Source of the DNA: Methanothrix sp.
GTDB lineage: Archaea; Halobacteriota; Methanosarcinia; Methanotrichales; Methanotrichaceae
DNA: 55,285 nt
Assembly (NCBI GenBank): GCA_037128175.1
Contig: JBAXWY010000015.1
Span: 1-55,285, forward strand
Direction of reading: 5' to 3'
The notes under the pieces were generated by a model. The model did no database searches, was not told the origin of the DNA, and was given only the letters and a program-made list of their open reading frames with translations. Positions 36,494 through 47,300 of this stretch are shown here, one piece after another. How positions within the stretch are numbered: the first letter of the stretch is position 1; every line of letters starts with the position of its first letter. A program made the position numbers and the translations under genes.

Positions 36494-36563
36494 CAAAGAA
36501 GCTGAAAAAGGTTGTGGGCAATTTGTGCAAAAGCATTTGTAGATTCCGCACCAGTTATTGTTC

Positions 36564-37412
36564 ATGCCCGATGTTGTGCAGCTTGTCGAGGAAAAGCCGG
36601 AAAAGACGCCAGATGAGACAGCTGTTGAGGCCCCTTCTGCCGATGCTCCCCCTAGAACCACCTGGTCCGGAAGCCTTCGGATCGGTCTCGTAAACATCCC
36701 CGTCAAGGCCCTGCTCATGACAAAAGACGTGCGCATCAGCTTTCGCATGCTTCATCGGAGCTGCAAGACGCAAATCTCCTTCAAGCGTTTCTGCCAGGAG
36801 GGCGAGGAGGTCACGTTGGCCGATATCGTCTACGGCTATCCTCTTGGAAAAGATCAGTACGCTGTACTGGAAAAAAAGGAGATTGATGCAGCCAGGCCCG
36901 AATCGAAGAACTCCATAGCTCTCGATCGTTTTGTGAACTTCTTTGAGATCGATCCTCACTACTTCGAAAAGACCTATCTGCTTTTGCCGGATAAATCCGA
37001 GGAGGCCTACTCGCTTCTAAGAACCGTCATGGAGAAGACGGCAAAGGCAGCCATCGGCAGGATTACCTTCCACTCGCAAGAGAGACCGGTCCTGGTCCAC
37101 TACTACCGGCAGGCCGTGGTGGCTACCACCCTCCGCTATCCTGAGGAGGTCCTGGACCCAGAGAACTATCAGGCTATCAGAGATCTTCCACCGCCCCAGG
37201 AAAAGGAGCTGGATCTGGCCTTGGAGATCGTAAAAAGCCTGAGCGGAGAATTGGACCTTTCTAGCTACCACGACCAGTACAAAGAGAGGATCGAGGCGCT
37301 GGTCAGGTCCAAGATGGCAGGGACCGTGGAGGTCCCGGAGAAGAAGAAGACAGGGCCCGCCGCCAAGAGCCTCATGGAGGCCCTGCGCCTGACTGCGGAG
37401 TCGTTGAAATAA
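36564..37412 (+). CDS. ku: Non-homologous end-joining protein Ku
   Basis: WSGSLRIGLVNIPVK, FRMLH, IDPHYFEKTY.L.P, YSLL, LRYPEEV, YHDQY and LMEALRLT. Confidence 0.95.
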   Translation: MPDVVQLVEEKPEKTPDETAVEAPSADAPPRTTWSGSLRIGLVNIPVKALLMTKDVRISFRMLHRSCKTQISFKRFCQEGEEVTLADIVYGYPLGKDQYAVLEKKEIDAARPESKNSIALDRFVNFFEIDPHYFEKTYLLLPDKSEEAYSLLRTVMEKTAKAAIGRITFHSQERPVLVHYYRQAVVATTLRYPEEVLDPENYQAIRDLPPPQEKELDLALEIVKSLSGELDLSSYHDQYKERIEALVRSKMAGTVEVPEKKKTGPAAKSLMEALRLTAESLK

Positions 37413-37413
37413 A

Positions 37414-38352
37414 ATGAATCTCGTAAAGCCCATGCTCGCGGTCTCCGGCCAGCCCTTCAACTCGCCGGAATGGATCTTCGAACCCAAGATCGACGGCACC
37501 CGCTGCCTGGCGGAGGTTACCTCAAGCGGCGTGCGCCTCTACAATCGCAGGCTTTTCAATATCACCGATCGCTATCCAGAGCTGGCTGCCGCCCTGGCCC
37601 GGGGTTCTCAACCTTGCGTTTTGGACGGTGAGATCGCCGTCTTTCTGGAAGGCAAGCCCAGTTTTGCGGCGCTTGCAAAGCGCGACCACCTGAGCGACAG
37701 GCTCGCCATAGACTACCTCGCCCGCGCCCTTCCCGCAAGTTACGTTGTCTTTGATATCCTCTTCGCCAAAGAGATGAGCGTCATGGACCTGCCTCTTCGC
37801 GAGCGAAAGCAGATTTTACGAGACGAGTTGCAAGAGAGCGAGTTTGTGACAATTGCCGACTCATTTCCGGAAAAGGGTGAGGACTATTTTCAGGCGGCAC
37901 AAAAGATGGGGATCGAGGGAATCGTAGCCAAGAGGCTGAACTCCCGCTACGAGTCGGGCACAAGAAGCCCCGACTGGATAAAGATCAAGAAAAGCATCAA
38001 GCTCGACCTGGTGATCGGAGGCTACATTCCAGGAAAGGGAGGGCGCGTTTCTTACTTTGGCGGCCTTCTTCTGGGCGCCTACCACCACGGCCTGCTCCAT
38101 TACGTTGGTCGGGTTGGGTCAGGATTTACTGACAAAGAGCTGGAAGAGATTGCCGCAGGCTTTTCGCCTATGGACAGCTCTCCCTTCGCTAATGAACCTG
38201 CAACGCCCGAGGTAAGATGGGTCAAACCCTTACAAGTAGTGCAGGTCTCTGCCCTGGAGATCACGTTGGACGGCCACCTTCGCGCACCGGTATACCTTCG
38301 CACCAGGGATGACAAAGAGCCGCAAGAGTGCACACTGGATCAACTCAATTGA
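37414..38352 (+). CDS. ATP-dependent DNA ligase (stand-alone LigD ligase domain)
   Basis: KPMLA, EPKIDG (motif I), LDGEI, FDIL, EGIVAK, WIKIK, GRVGSGF and LRAPVY...R.DK. Confidence 0.93.
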   Translation: MNLVKPMLAVSGQPFNSPEWIFEPKIDGTRCLAEVTSSGVRLYNRRLFNITDRYPELAAALARGSQPCVLDGEIAVFLEGKPSFAALAKRDHLSDRLAIDYLARALPASYVVFDILFAKEMSVMDLPLRERKQILRDELQESEFVTIADSFPEKGEDYFQAAQKMGIEGIVAKRLNSRYESGTRSPDWIKIKKSIKLDLVIGGYIPGKGGRVSYFGGLLLGAYHHGLLHYVGRVGSGFTDKELEEIAAGFSPMDSSPFANEPATPEVRWVKPLQVVQVSALEITLDGHLRAPVYLRTRDDKEPQECTLDQLN

Positions 38353-38405
38353 TTGCAAAAAACTGAGGGCTGGCCTACAGCCGGCGCCTTTTGTCTTCGT
38401 CCACT

Positions 38406-38813
38406 TTACGCCATCACCTGCTCCTTGAGAATATAGCGGATCAAGTCTTCAGAGAGTTTGGTCTCCCTTTGCAGCTTCTTTACAGTCTCCTCGATGCTGT
38501 TGCCTTCCGTCATGAGGTTTGATATTCGGCCCACAATCTTCTCGCCGATGGCATAATACTCATCAATATCCTTCCTGTGGCCCCAAACGTCTCCCCTCAG
38601 GAGCTGCACTCCCTGAATCTCCAGGAATTGCTGGGCGGCCTTGGACATGGTCTCATGGTAGGACGGCGGAATTTGTACGGCTCTTAGACGCGGGCAGGAC
38701 TGGACCAGATTCATTACGTCCATATTGGAGGCTCGGAATGCCAGATGAACCAACTGCTCGTTCCTGTTTAGATCGGTTATCTCTTTCTTGGAACTAACTA
38801 CCCTCAGTTTCAT
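38406..38813 (-). CDS. DUF1699 family protein
   Basis: MKLRVVSS..EI..L..NE..VHLAFRASN and GDVWGHRKDIDEYY. Confidence 0.85.
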   Translation of the reverse strand: MKLRVVSSKKEITDLNRNEQLVHLAFRASNMDVMNLVQSCPRLRAVQIPPSYHETMSKAAQQFLEIQGVQLLRGDVWGHRKDIDEYYAIGEKIVGRISNLMTEGNSIEETVKKLQRETKLSEDLIRYILKEQVMA

Positions 38814-39081
38814 ACCACTTACCAATGCTCTTAAAATATTTATAGATAATGGTAATCATAGTAATCCTTAATTAGATATACTGAGATCAGTAACCGGATA
38901 GATAAAATATTATGCATCGGCTCTAATCGCAGGAGATATTTTCCAAGTTATGTCAATGATTTGAATATGTTTATTTCATACATTGATATTTATATTAGAA
39001 AAGCTAGCACTTAACTAGTTAGCGGTAATATTGCAAATCAGGCCCAGCTGGTACAGCGAGGCCGGTATAAACCAATGCTAT

Positions 39082-39140
39082 GACTTCGCGGCTTCGCGTG
39101 AAACCGGACCCTTTTGAATCCTGCTTTAAGGCGCGAAGAA
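39082..39140. repeat. Family B palindrome (CTTCGCG...CGCGAAG) outside the island
   Basis: GACTTCGCGGCTTCGCGTGA identical to 12224-12243; AAGGCGCGAAGAA as at 10973. Confidence 0.75.
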
Positions 39141-39190
39141 CGATTAGCCGTTCACAAAGGCACATTATCTCCTCACAATCATGGCTTTAA

Positions 39191-40177
39191 TTAGGCGCCG
39201 TCTTGTCGGAATGATCTCACTGCTGCGGCGCAGTTGGCCAGAAGCCTGCCCGCCAGATCTTGACTGGGCCAGGAACCCAGGCCGCAGTCGGGACCTGTCG
39301 CCCTCAGCCTATCACCAAATTGAGCATAGGCTTTGTCCAGCCTTTTCCTCATGACCTGGGGCGATTCCAATTCCAGTATCTCCCTTTCCAGCCTTGGCAT
39401 GTCCTGCCAGAGATTGATGCCGAGCTGTTCGTTCAAGCGGGCGGACATGGACAAAATATCAGTGCGTGCAATCCCTGCGCGAAGATAACTGTCCGTCTCC
39501 TCCAGGACACTCTTGTCTATCAATTGCAGATAGTCAGGATGCGCCGCCGACTCAATGCCCACGATGCTTATGCCGGGAACGCGAGCACAGGCCTCGGCAT
39601 AAAGGGGCGAATGCAAATGCACTTCACATTCCATGCCCAGACAGGGCGCGCTCGCGATCTGTAGGGCATCAAGGATCTCATCCTCCGAAAAAACAATGTT
39701 GGAGTTCAAACCAAGGCTCGGCTCATCCAAAGATGCCACAGACATCTTTCCTTCCTCCAATGCCGCGCTAAAGAACCTGGCCACGCTCTTCGCCAGGGTT
39801 TTGAGAATATCCGGATAATGCGTGGCCCCGAAAGCGGAGATATAAAGCTCCACCGGCCCGGTGACGCAGACGCGCATATCCTCGCCCGCCGGCACTGCCT
39901 CCAACTCCATGATCCTGGCATGCTCTTTCTTGATCAGGTAGGGGCTCTTTGCTTTGGCCGGGTCCTCTATCTCATCCATGAACATGCGGATCATATCTCG
40001 AAACTGTGGATAGGTGGGAACCTCTACGCCGGCACAGCTCTTTTGCGCTAGAACATCGCGCACCAGATCTAGATACTGATCGCGAGAGAGGTTTTGCAGC
40101 CGGATCCCTTTGGGCAGGGGAAAGCTGCCTATATCATCGAAGAATATGCCCTCAATTTGCCGCGACATCTTTGACAT
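39191..40177 (-). CDS. Archaeal core methionine synthase (MetE C-terminal / MesA-like)
   Basis: DDIGSFP, YPQFRDM, LDEPS, HLH and GPDCGLG motifs; downstream of thrC. Confidence 0.88.
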   Translation of the reverse strand: MSKMSRQIEGIFFDDIGSFPLPKGIRLQNLSRDQYLDLVRDVLAQKSCAGVEVPTYPQFRDMIRMFMDEIEDPAKAKSPYLIKKEHARIMELEAVPAGEDMRVCVTGPVELYISAFGATHYPDILKTLAKSVARFFSAALEEGKMSVASLDEPSLGLNSNIVFSEDEILDALQIASAPCLGMECEVHLHSPLYAEACARVPGISIVGIESAAHPDYLQLIDKSVLEETDSYLRAGIARTDILSMSARLNEQLGINLWQDMPRLEREILELESPQVMRKRLDKAYAQFGDRLRATGPDCGLGSWPSQDLAGRLLANCAAAVRSFRQDGA

Positions 40178-40189
40178 CTGTTGCCACCC

Positions 40190-41530
40190 CTAGAGAAAAC
40201 GCCTCAGGTAATCCTTTAAAGAGGCGTACTGTCCATCCATCATCTCGAAATTCTCCTCCAGCTCATCCAGCCTTGCCATGGCCGCAGGCAAAGGCGGATT
40301 TATGCCGGTGGCTCGCACGATCTCTTCCGGGAACTTGGCCGGGTCGGCCGTCTCCAGGGAGACGCAGGGACTCCTGTCCCCGCACTCTTTCAAGTACTTC
40401 ATGAGCCCGGCAAAGGCCACGGCTCCATGCGGCTCCAGAAGGACCTTGTACTGGCTGTATGCCTCTTTGATGGTCTGGCGGGTCTCTTCGTCTGTGATGG
40501 AGACTGCATAAATATCCTTTCGCATGGCTGCAAGATCCGGTTGCAGGCTTACCTGGCCTGTCTCATCCATCTGACCGCCGTAAAGGTTGAAGAGTCGAGC
40601 GAGATTACTGGGGTGGCCCACGTTCATGGCATTGGAGACGCAGTTCTTGCTGGGCCGGATGGGCTCGTAGATGCCAGTATTCATGAAGCGGGGGAACTCA
40701 TCGTTCTCATTTGTCGCCACCACGAACTTTTTCACAGGAAGGCCCATCTTCTTGGCCAGAAGTCCGCCCATGAGGTCTCCGAAGTTACCGCTGGGCACCG
40801 AGAAGACGATCTCCTCGCCCCGTTGGGCGACGCGCGAGTGAGCATAGAAGTAATAGACGGCCTGAGGTAGCAGTCTGCCGATGTTGATGGAATTGGCCGA
40901 GGAGAGATTAAGAGCAGACAGATCGGCATCGGCAAAGGCCTGCTTGACCAGGGCCTGGCAGTCATCAAACTTACCATTTACGGCGAGCGGGAAGATATTT
41001 TTGCCCAAGGTGGTCATCTGGCGGCGCTGCCTCTCTGTTACCTCCTTCTCCGGGAATAATACAACTACCAATACGTTATCCAGACCATAGAAGGCATGAG
41101 CCACAGCAGAGCCCGTATCTCCCGAGGTGGCGGTGAGGATGAGTATGCTTCTGCCTTCCTGCTTTAAGAAGTACTGGATCAACCGGCCCATGGCCCTGGC
41201 GGCATAGTCCTTGAAAGAGCAGGTGGGGCCGCGATCCAGCCGCATTACATACTTTTCGTCATAGACCCGTTCCACAGGAACATCGTAATTGTAGGCGTCT
41301 TCCAGCATTGCCCGTAGGTCGGAGTCGGAGACCAGATCGCCCAAATAAGGCTTGATGACCTCGTAGGCGATTTCTGGATAGCTCATCTTGGAAAATTGCT
41401 CTATCCTAATTTTGGGAATCTGCTCAGGCATGTAGAGCCCCTTGTCCGGGGCCTGGCCCATCAAGAGCGCTGCTCGAAAGTCTACGCGCTCGGTTTGGCC
41501 GTTGGTGCTGAAGAATTTGATCAGAGACAT
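40190..41530 (-). CDS. thrC: Threonine synthase
   Basis: GPTCSFKD PLP site, ATSGDTG, SANSINIGRL, VPSGNFG, EPHGA and TADPAKF. Confidence 0.95.
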   Translation of the reverse strand: MSLIKFFSTNGQTERVDFRAALLMGQAPDKGLYMPEQIPKIRIEQFSKMSYPEIAYEVIKPYLGDLVSDSDLRAMLEDAYNYDVPVERVYDEKYVMRLDRGPTCSFKDYAARAMGRLIQYFLKQEGRSILILTATSGDTGSAVAHAFYGLDNVLVVVLFPEKEVTERQRRQMTTLGKNIFPLAVNGKFDDCQALVKQAFADADLSALNLSSANSINIGRLLPQAVYYFYAHSRVAQRGEEIVFSVPSGNFGDLMGGLLAKKMGLPVKKFVVATNENDEFPRFMNTGIYEPIRPSKNCVSNAMNVGHPSNLARLFNLYGGQMDETGQVSLQPDLAAMRKDIYAVSITDEETRQTIKEAYSQYKVLLEPHGAVAFAGLMKYLKECGDRSPCVSLETADPAKFPEEIVRATGINPPLPAAMARLDELEENFEMMDGQYASLKDYLRRFL

Positions 41531-41714
41531 GGTCGGAAGAAATAGGGTGAAGCTGATCTTTAAGGCTTTTCCATGCCAAGACCGAAATCCTTATATTCGA
41601 TTATTGTCTAAGATGAGTTCGTCTAATATCGAAATAAATTAGACTGCATAGTAAACCAAGATTCCCATTAATCGGGAGGAAACCTTGTTCAGATTCGAAG
41701 CAGACTACTTGTTT

Positions 41715-41900
41715 GAAGATGCCGCAGGCATCTGCACAGGCATGAGACCGGCGAATTGGGATCTGCCCCAGGGCCCGGAACCCGGACCCCAGTGGCCCAA
41801 GAAGAGAAGACCGCAAATCCTTTAAAGCTAAATTGGGCCGACAGGTGGCCTTCGCGGCCCCTGGCCCAAAGACGATTAAGAAAGACCAATCTTTTTTAGC
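41715..41900 (+). ncRNA. Candidate structured small RNA with two tandem hairpin units
   Basis: GC-rich stems within an AT-rich intergenic region; TTGGG...CCCAA-closed hairpins twice; T tract at the 3' end; strand inferred. Confidence 0.4.
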
Positions 41901-42097
41901 GCTCATTTTCAGCGATTTACCCATTCTCTTGCGCAAAGCTTTTTTTTCCAATCTGATTTCTTATGGATCTTAGTTCCTTCAAAGCAATTTCAGGCGGCGG
42001 TGAGGGAATATTTAAGTATTAGTTGTCAGGTAAGTTGGACACAAATGATGGTCGTATCGCCCCGATATAGTGATAAATATAACTAGGAGGAAATGAG

Positions 42098-42850
42098 ATG
42101 GCGTTCTACACGTTGGGCCTCACTTTTAATCTTGTGATATTCCTGACAGTTATTGTACTGGCTGTTTGGATATATGGTATATATTTCAACTTTAAGAAAT
42201 GGGGCCTCGGATCCACCGGCTACCACGACCAGTTGCGCAATAGCTTCTGGCTCTTCCTTGCCACCTGGATTCACGAGGCATTTAAGGATGGATTATGGGT
42301 ATTTTTGAGGACTGTTGTGCTTGATGTCCTTCTTCTGCGAAGGACCCTTGCTAGAAGCCCGGTGCGATGGGTTATGCACATGTCCATGTTCTATGGATTT
42401 TTGATGCTGGCGGCTTTTTCGGGATTTGCGCTATTCCTGGATATAATAGAGCATTTCGACCTGGCAGGTCTCGCCCCTCAAGCGGAAATGGTTAAAGAGC
42501 TGCTGGCTTTGCCCTTCGATATCTTCGGCTACCTGCTTCTCATCGGAGCCACCATTGCCGTATCCAGAAGAATCCTGCTTAAGTTCGTCCGGGATAACAC
42601 CAGCGCCTATGACGCATTCTTGATTGGCGCCGTGTTCCTCATCACCATTACCGGATTTTATGCAGAGTGGATGCGCGGCAATTCCTTCCTCATCGGGAAT
42701 GCCTTTGAATATCCCATCTATGCACCCCACTTCGCAATGATTCACACCGTCCTGGCAATTGGTCTGTTCGCCTTGATCTTGCCATGGAGCAAATACATCC
42801 ACGTCATAGCGACACCCATGACCCTTCTGGCCAACAGAGGAGGAGAATAA
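42098..42850 (+). CDS. hdrE: CoB-CoM heterodisulfide reductase subunit E (cytochrome b)
   Basis: 5-6 TM; RWVMH, H and PWSKYIH heme-ligand pattern; precedes hdrD. Confidence 0.93.
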   Translation: MAFYTLGLTFNLVIFLTVIVLAVWIYGIYFNFKKWGLGSTGYHDQLRNSFWLFLATWIHEAFKDGLWVFLRTVVLDVLLLRRTLARSPVRWVMHMSMFYGFLMLAAFSGFALFLDIIEHFDLAGLAPQAEMVKELLALPFDIFGYLLLIGATIAVSRRILLKFVRDNTSAYDAFLIGAVFLITITGFYAEWMRGNSFLIGNAFEYPIYAPHFAMIHTVLAIGLFALILPWSKYIHVIATPMTLLANRGGE

Positions 42851-42852
42851 AA

Positions 42853-44223
42853 ATGGCTGATCAAAAAGGCTCCAAGCCCTTGATGACGGGCTACATGATG
42901 TCCACCCAGCTCATGGAAGTAGACGGCTGCAACAGATGTCAGGAGTGTATGAAGTGGTGCCCGACCTTCGCGGTGAGACCGGACCGGCCAGGCATTACTC
43001 CCATGTATAAGAACGCAAGGTGGAGAGAGCTCATGGCCAAGAGCGAGAGCCTGCGCGCCAAGATCTTCGGCCCCAAGCCCCTCACCGATGATGAGATGAA
43101 GGTCTTCACCGAAGATACATACAGCTGCACCACCTGCGGCGTCTGCGGCACGGTCTGTGAGGCAGGAATCAAGACCGTTGAGCTGTGGGAGGCCATGCGG
43201 CCTAACCTGGTAAAGCGTGGCGACGGACCTGTGGGAAAGCAGCCCTTCTTCCCCAAGCTAATCAAGGGAGATAGAAATCCCTACATGGCCAAGCAAGAAG
43301 AACGACTGTGCTGGATACCCAAGGATGCCAAGGTGCAGGAGTCAGGAGAGCTCGTCTACTTCGCAGGATGCACTGCCGCATACAGGCAGCAGGCCCTGGG
43401 AGTGGCTACCGTCAGGATCCTGAATAAATTGAACGTGGACTTCGCTATGCTTGGCAAGGACGAATGGTGCTGTGCTTCAGCTCTGATCAGGACCGGCCAG
43501 CGCGAGGTCATGGCCGAGCATGCCGTGCATAACATCGATGCTCTCAAAGACGCAGGAGCAAAGAACGTGCTCTTTGCCTGCGCCGGATGTCTCCGGAATG
43601 CCGCCATCGATTGGCCCATGTGGTACGAGGGCTACATCCCCTACGAGACCATGCCCCTCTCCGTATTCCTGAGGGACAAGATAAGGAATGGCGAGGTTGA
43701 GTACAAGATACCTCTGAATTACAGGTTCACTTACCACGACCCCTGCCACAACGGCAGGCATCTCATGCACTCCAAGGGAAAAGATTGGGCCTTTGAGGCA
43801 CCCAGAGATGTCGTCCAGTCCATCCCCGGCGTCAAGTTCCAGGAGATGGTAAGAAACCGGGCTTTGCAGAGGTGCTGTGGAGCAGGCGGCGGTGTGAAGG
43901 CCGGTATTCCCGACCTGGCCATGGACTGCGCAATGGCCCGAGTTCAGGATGCAACGGATATTCAGGCAGAGGTAATCTGTTCCACCTGTCCGTTCTGCAG
44001 GCTGAACCTGATCGACGGAAGAAACACCGCAAAGTCCCCCATTAAGATGGTGGATATTGTTGAGATGATGGCCGCCTCCATGGGCTTGGACACGACCATA
44101 CCCGAAAATCCGTACACCAAGTTCCAGTCCCAGGATGTCCTGGTCTGCACACCAACCGAGTGCAAGCTCGATACGGTGGAGCGCAAGGAACCCGGCAAGG
44201 ATCTGGTGGGCGAAGCTCACTAA
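42853..44223 (+). CDS. hdrD: CoB-CoM heterodisulfide reductase subunit D
   Basis: Two CxxCxxCxxxC motifs and two CCG domains (AGC, WCC, YHDPCH, CCGAGGG, STCPFC). Confidence 0.95.
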   Translation: MADQKGSKPLMTGYMMSTQLMEVDGCNRCQECMKWCPTFAVRPDRPGITPMYKNARWRELMAKSESLRAKIFGPKPLTDDEMKVFTEDTYSCTTCGVCGTVCEAGIKTVELWEAMRPNLVKRGDGPVGKQPFFPKLIKGDRNPYMAKQEERLCWIPKDAKVQESGELVYFAGCTAAYRQQALGVATVRILNKLNVDFAMLGKDEWCCASALIRTGQREVMAEHAVHNIDALKDAGAKNVLFACAGCLRNAAIDWPMWYEGYIPYETMPLSVFLRDKIRNGEVEYKIPLNYRFTYHDPCHNGRHLMHSKGKDWAFEAPRDVVQSIPGVKFQEMVRNRALQRCCGAGGGVKAGIPDLAMDCAMARVQDATDIQAEVICSTCPFCRLNLIDGRNTAKSPIKMVDIVEMMAASMGLDTTIPENPYTKFQSQDVLVCTPTECKLDTVERKEPGKDLVGEAH

Positions 44224-44315
44224 AAAGGATGCCCGCTGCGGCGGCCATTCTTTTTAATATTTTATTTTAAAGATTTATACAGCTCCGATACTTTTATCAT
44301 TTCTCCCGTCTGGCA

Positions 44316-47300
44316 TTGGGCAAGATGCCCCCGGAGACGCGCCCGTTCAGGAACAGCAATCTGTTCTCCAACCACTATCTGGAAAGCCTGGTTAAAGACA
44401 ATCCCGAGTGGCGAGAAGCAGAGCCCGAAGAGGCCTTTGCCCGGATCAAGGAGCTTTACGAGCGAAAGGCGCGCGTCCTGGAAAACTACAACGAATCCCA
44501 GTTAGAGGAAAACTTCATCCGCCCGGTGCTGCGCATCCTGGGGCACTACTTCGGCGTGCAGGGCAAAGTGCTGGGAAAGGACCGGACGCCGGACTACGCC
44601 TTCTATCCCGATGAGCCGAGCCGGGAGGAAGCAGAGGCCCATCCTGCAGATGATTACTACCGGCGCGCTGTGGCGGTGGGCGATGCCAAGTCCTGGAAGA
44701 TCTCTCTGGACAAGAGCCGCAAGGGCCTGGGGATCTTCGAGATGCAAAACCCCAGCTTCCAGATCGATGTTTACCTGCGGGACACTCCGCCCAAGTGGGC
44801 GATTTTGACATCGGGCCGGCTCTGGCGGCTCTACCACGAGACGACGAGCTACAAGCTGGACTACTACTACGAGGTGGATCTGCCCGCCCTGCTGGCCGCG
44901 GGAGATATCGAGAATTTCAAGTATTTCTATCTCTTTTTCCGGCGGGAGGCCTTCGGGCAGACGGTGGACGGCGGCTGCTTCCTCGACCGGGTGAGGGAGG
45001 AAAGCGTGGCCTATGCCCAGGAGATTGGTGAAGACCTGAAGGAGAACGTCTACCGGGCCATGAAGATCCTGGCGCAGGGCTTCCTGGCCGAGGCCCTCTC
45101 CGGCGCACCGGCACCCAGCCAGGAGGATGTGGGCCGGGTGCAGGAGAACAGCATGCGGCTTCTCTACCGGATGCTTTTCATATTCTATGCAGAGAGCCGC
45201 AGCCTGCTGGACACCAATAACAAGTACTACTACGAGCTTTCCTTACAAAAGCTGAAGTCGGACGTGGCAGCGCGGCTGGACAAGGGCGAGCCGCTGCTTT
45301 CCGTGCGGTACTCTTATTGGGAGAGCCTGAAAAACCTCTTCAGCCTCATCAATGACGGCAGTGAGTCGCGCCGCATAGCCAGAGAGGAGTTTTACATCCC
45401 GGCCTACAACGGCGGGCTTTTCGACCCGGCCAAGAATGCATTCCTGGAGAGTGCAAGATTAGGCGACTCTTTTCTGGCAAAGGCCATCGACCTGCTAGCG
45501 CGTTCGGGCCAGGCCCCTAAAAAAGGATTTGTGGACTACTCTTCTCTGGAGATCCGCCACCTGGGTTCGATCTACGAGGGATTGCTGGAGTACCGGCTGC
45601 GGGTAGCTGAGCAGCAGATGGCTGCGGTCAAGGAGAAAGGCAAAGAGCTGTGGCTGCCCGCAGGCGACGCGGGCAAGCGCAAGATCCTGGATCGCGCAGA
45701 GGTGGGCGAGATCTATCTGGCCACGGACAAGGGCGAGAGGAAAGCCACCGGCTCCTACTACACCCCGGACTACATTGTCAAGTACATCGTCAAGAACACC
45801 ATCGAGCCCGTGATTGAGAAGAAGAAGTTGGAGTGGCTGGGCACCAGCCGACCCTTTGCTGATCATATTCTTTCCATCAAGGTGCTCGATCCGGCCATGG
45901 GCAGCGGCCACTTCCTGGTGGAGGCGACGGACCAGTTGGCCCGCTGGCTGGTACAGGCCTGGGCCACGGCCCGACCAGAGGAGTCCGACTCAAAGGAGAT
46001 AGCCGAGCAGGATGTGCACTGGGCGCGCCGCGAGGTGGTCAGAAACTGCATCTATGGCGTGGACCTCAACCCCATGGCGGTGGAGCTGGCCAAATTATCG
46101 CTGTGGCTGACCACGGTGGCCTCCAACAAGCCCCTGAGCTTTTTGGACCATCACCTGCGGTGCGGAAACTCGCTCATCGGGGCGGAGCTGGACCGGCTCA
46201 CGGTGCTACCGGGCGGAGAGAAGGAGCAGACGCCGCTCTGGAGCTTTGGCCTCAAGAGCCACACGGACGGCCTCTTAAAAAAGTACAGCCTCATGGCGGC
46301 GCTGCCCGATGACAACCTGCAAATGGTCAAGTGGAAAGAGGATCAGTTCCGCCAGATCAAGGAATCGGAGCTATCCCGCAGGCTCTACGAGCTTTCCAAC
46401 GTCTGGCTGTCCACCTTTTTTGGAAACAAAGTGAACGATGACGATTACTACGAGCTGCAAAACCATCTTCACCCGGAGAAGTTCCCGGACTGGACGGGCC
46501 TGCGGGAGCAGGAGTGGTTCAGAAGGGCGCAGGCGCTGGCGGGGGAGAAGCGGTTCTTTCACTGGGAGCTGGAGTTTCCGGAGGCGTTCCAGGGGGAGAA
46601 CCGGGGATTCGATGTGGTGGTGGGCAATCCTCCATATGTGAGGCAAGAGGCGTTTATTGAAATACAAGATTATATCCGCCAAGCTTACGAAACATATAGT
46701 TCGAGAGCCGATATTTATGTTTACTTTTTCGAAAAAGGATTGTCACTAATCCCAGGCTCAGGCAATTCTCGTTTGGGATTTATCGTATCAAATAAATTTA
46801 TGCGTGCGAATTATGGTCACAATTTGCGCAGGTATTTGCTAAATAATGGCCATATTGAGCAAATAGTAGACTTTGGTGACCTTGATATATTTAATGGGTT
46901 GACCGTCTACCCAAGCATACTATTATTACGAAAAAGAAAATCAAATGAATTTAGCTCAACGGAAGAGCAAATCTTAGTCTGCAAACCAAGCGAAATAAAT
47001 CCCGATAGAATGGAACTAGATATAAAAAACCTATTATATCCTATTTCGGTTGGATGTCTGAATGAAGATGTTTGGAATTTGGAATCCAATACTATTTCTG
47101 ATTTAATTGCAAAAATAAAATCGTTTAGCCAAAGCATAAAAGAATACTGTGGGGAACCAACTCGTGGAATTCTAACTGGACTAAATGATGTATTCCTCGT
47201 TAGTGAAGCAAAAAAGCAAGAAATAATACAACTACATCCCTCTGATTCTGTATTATTTAAGCCATATATTAGGGGTCTCGAAGTTAAGAGATGGACGCCC

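Noticed and set aside
36494-36748. N-terminal extension of R-M gene 1
   Set aside because: Antisense to ku; family-like sequence starts near 36493
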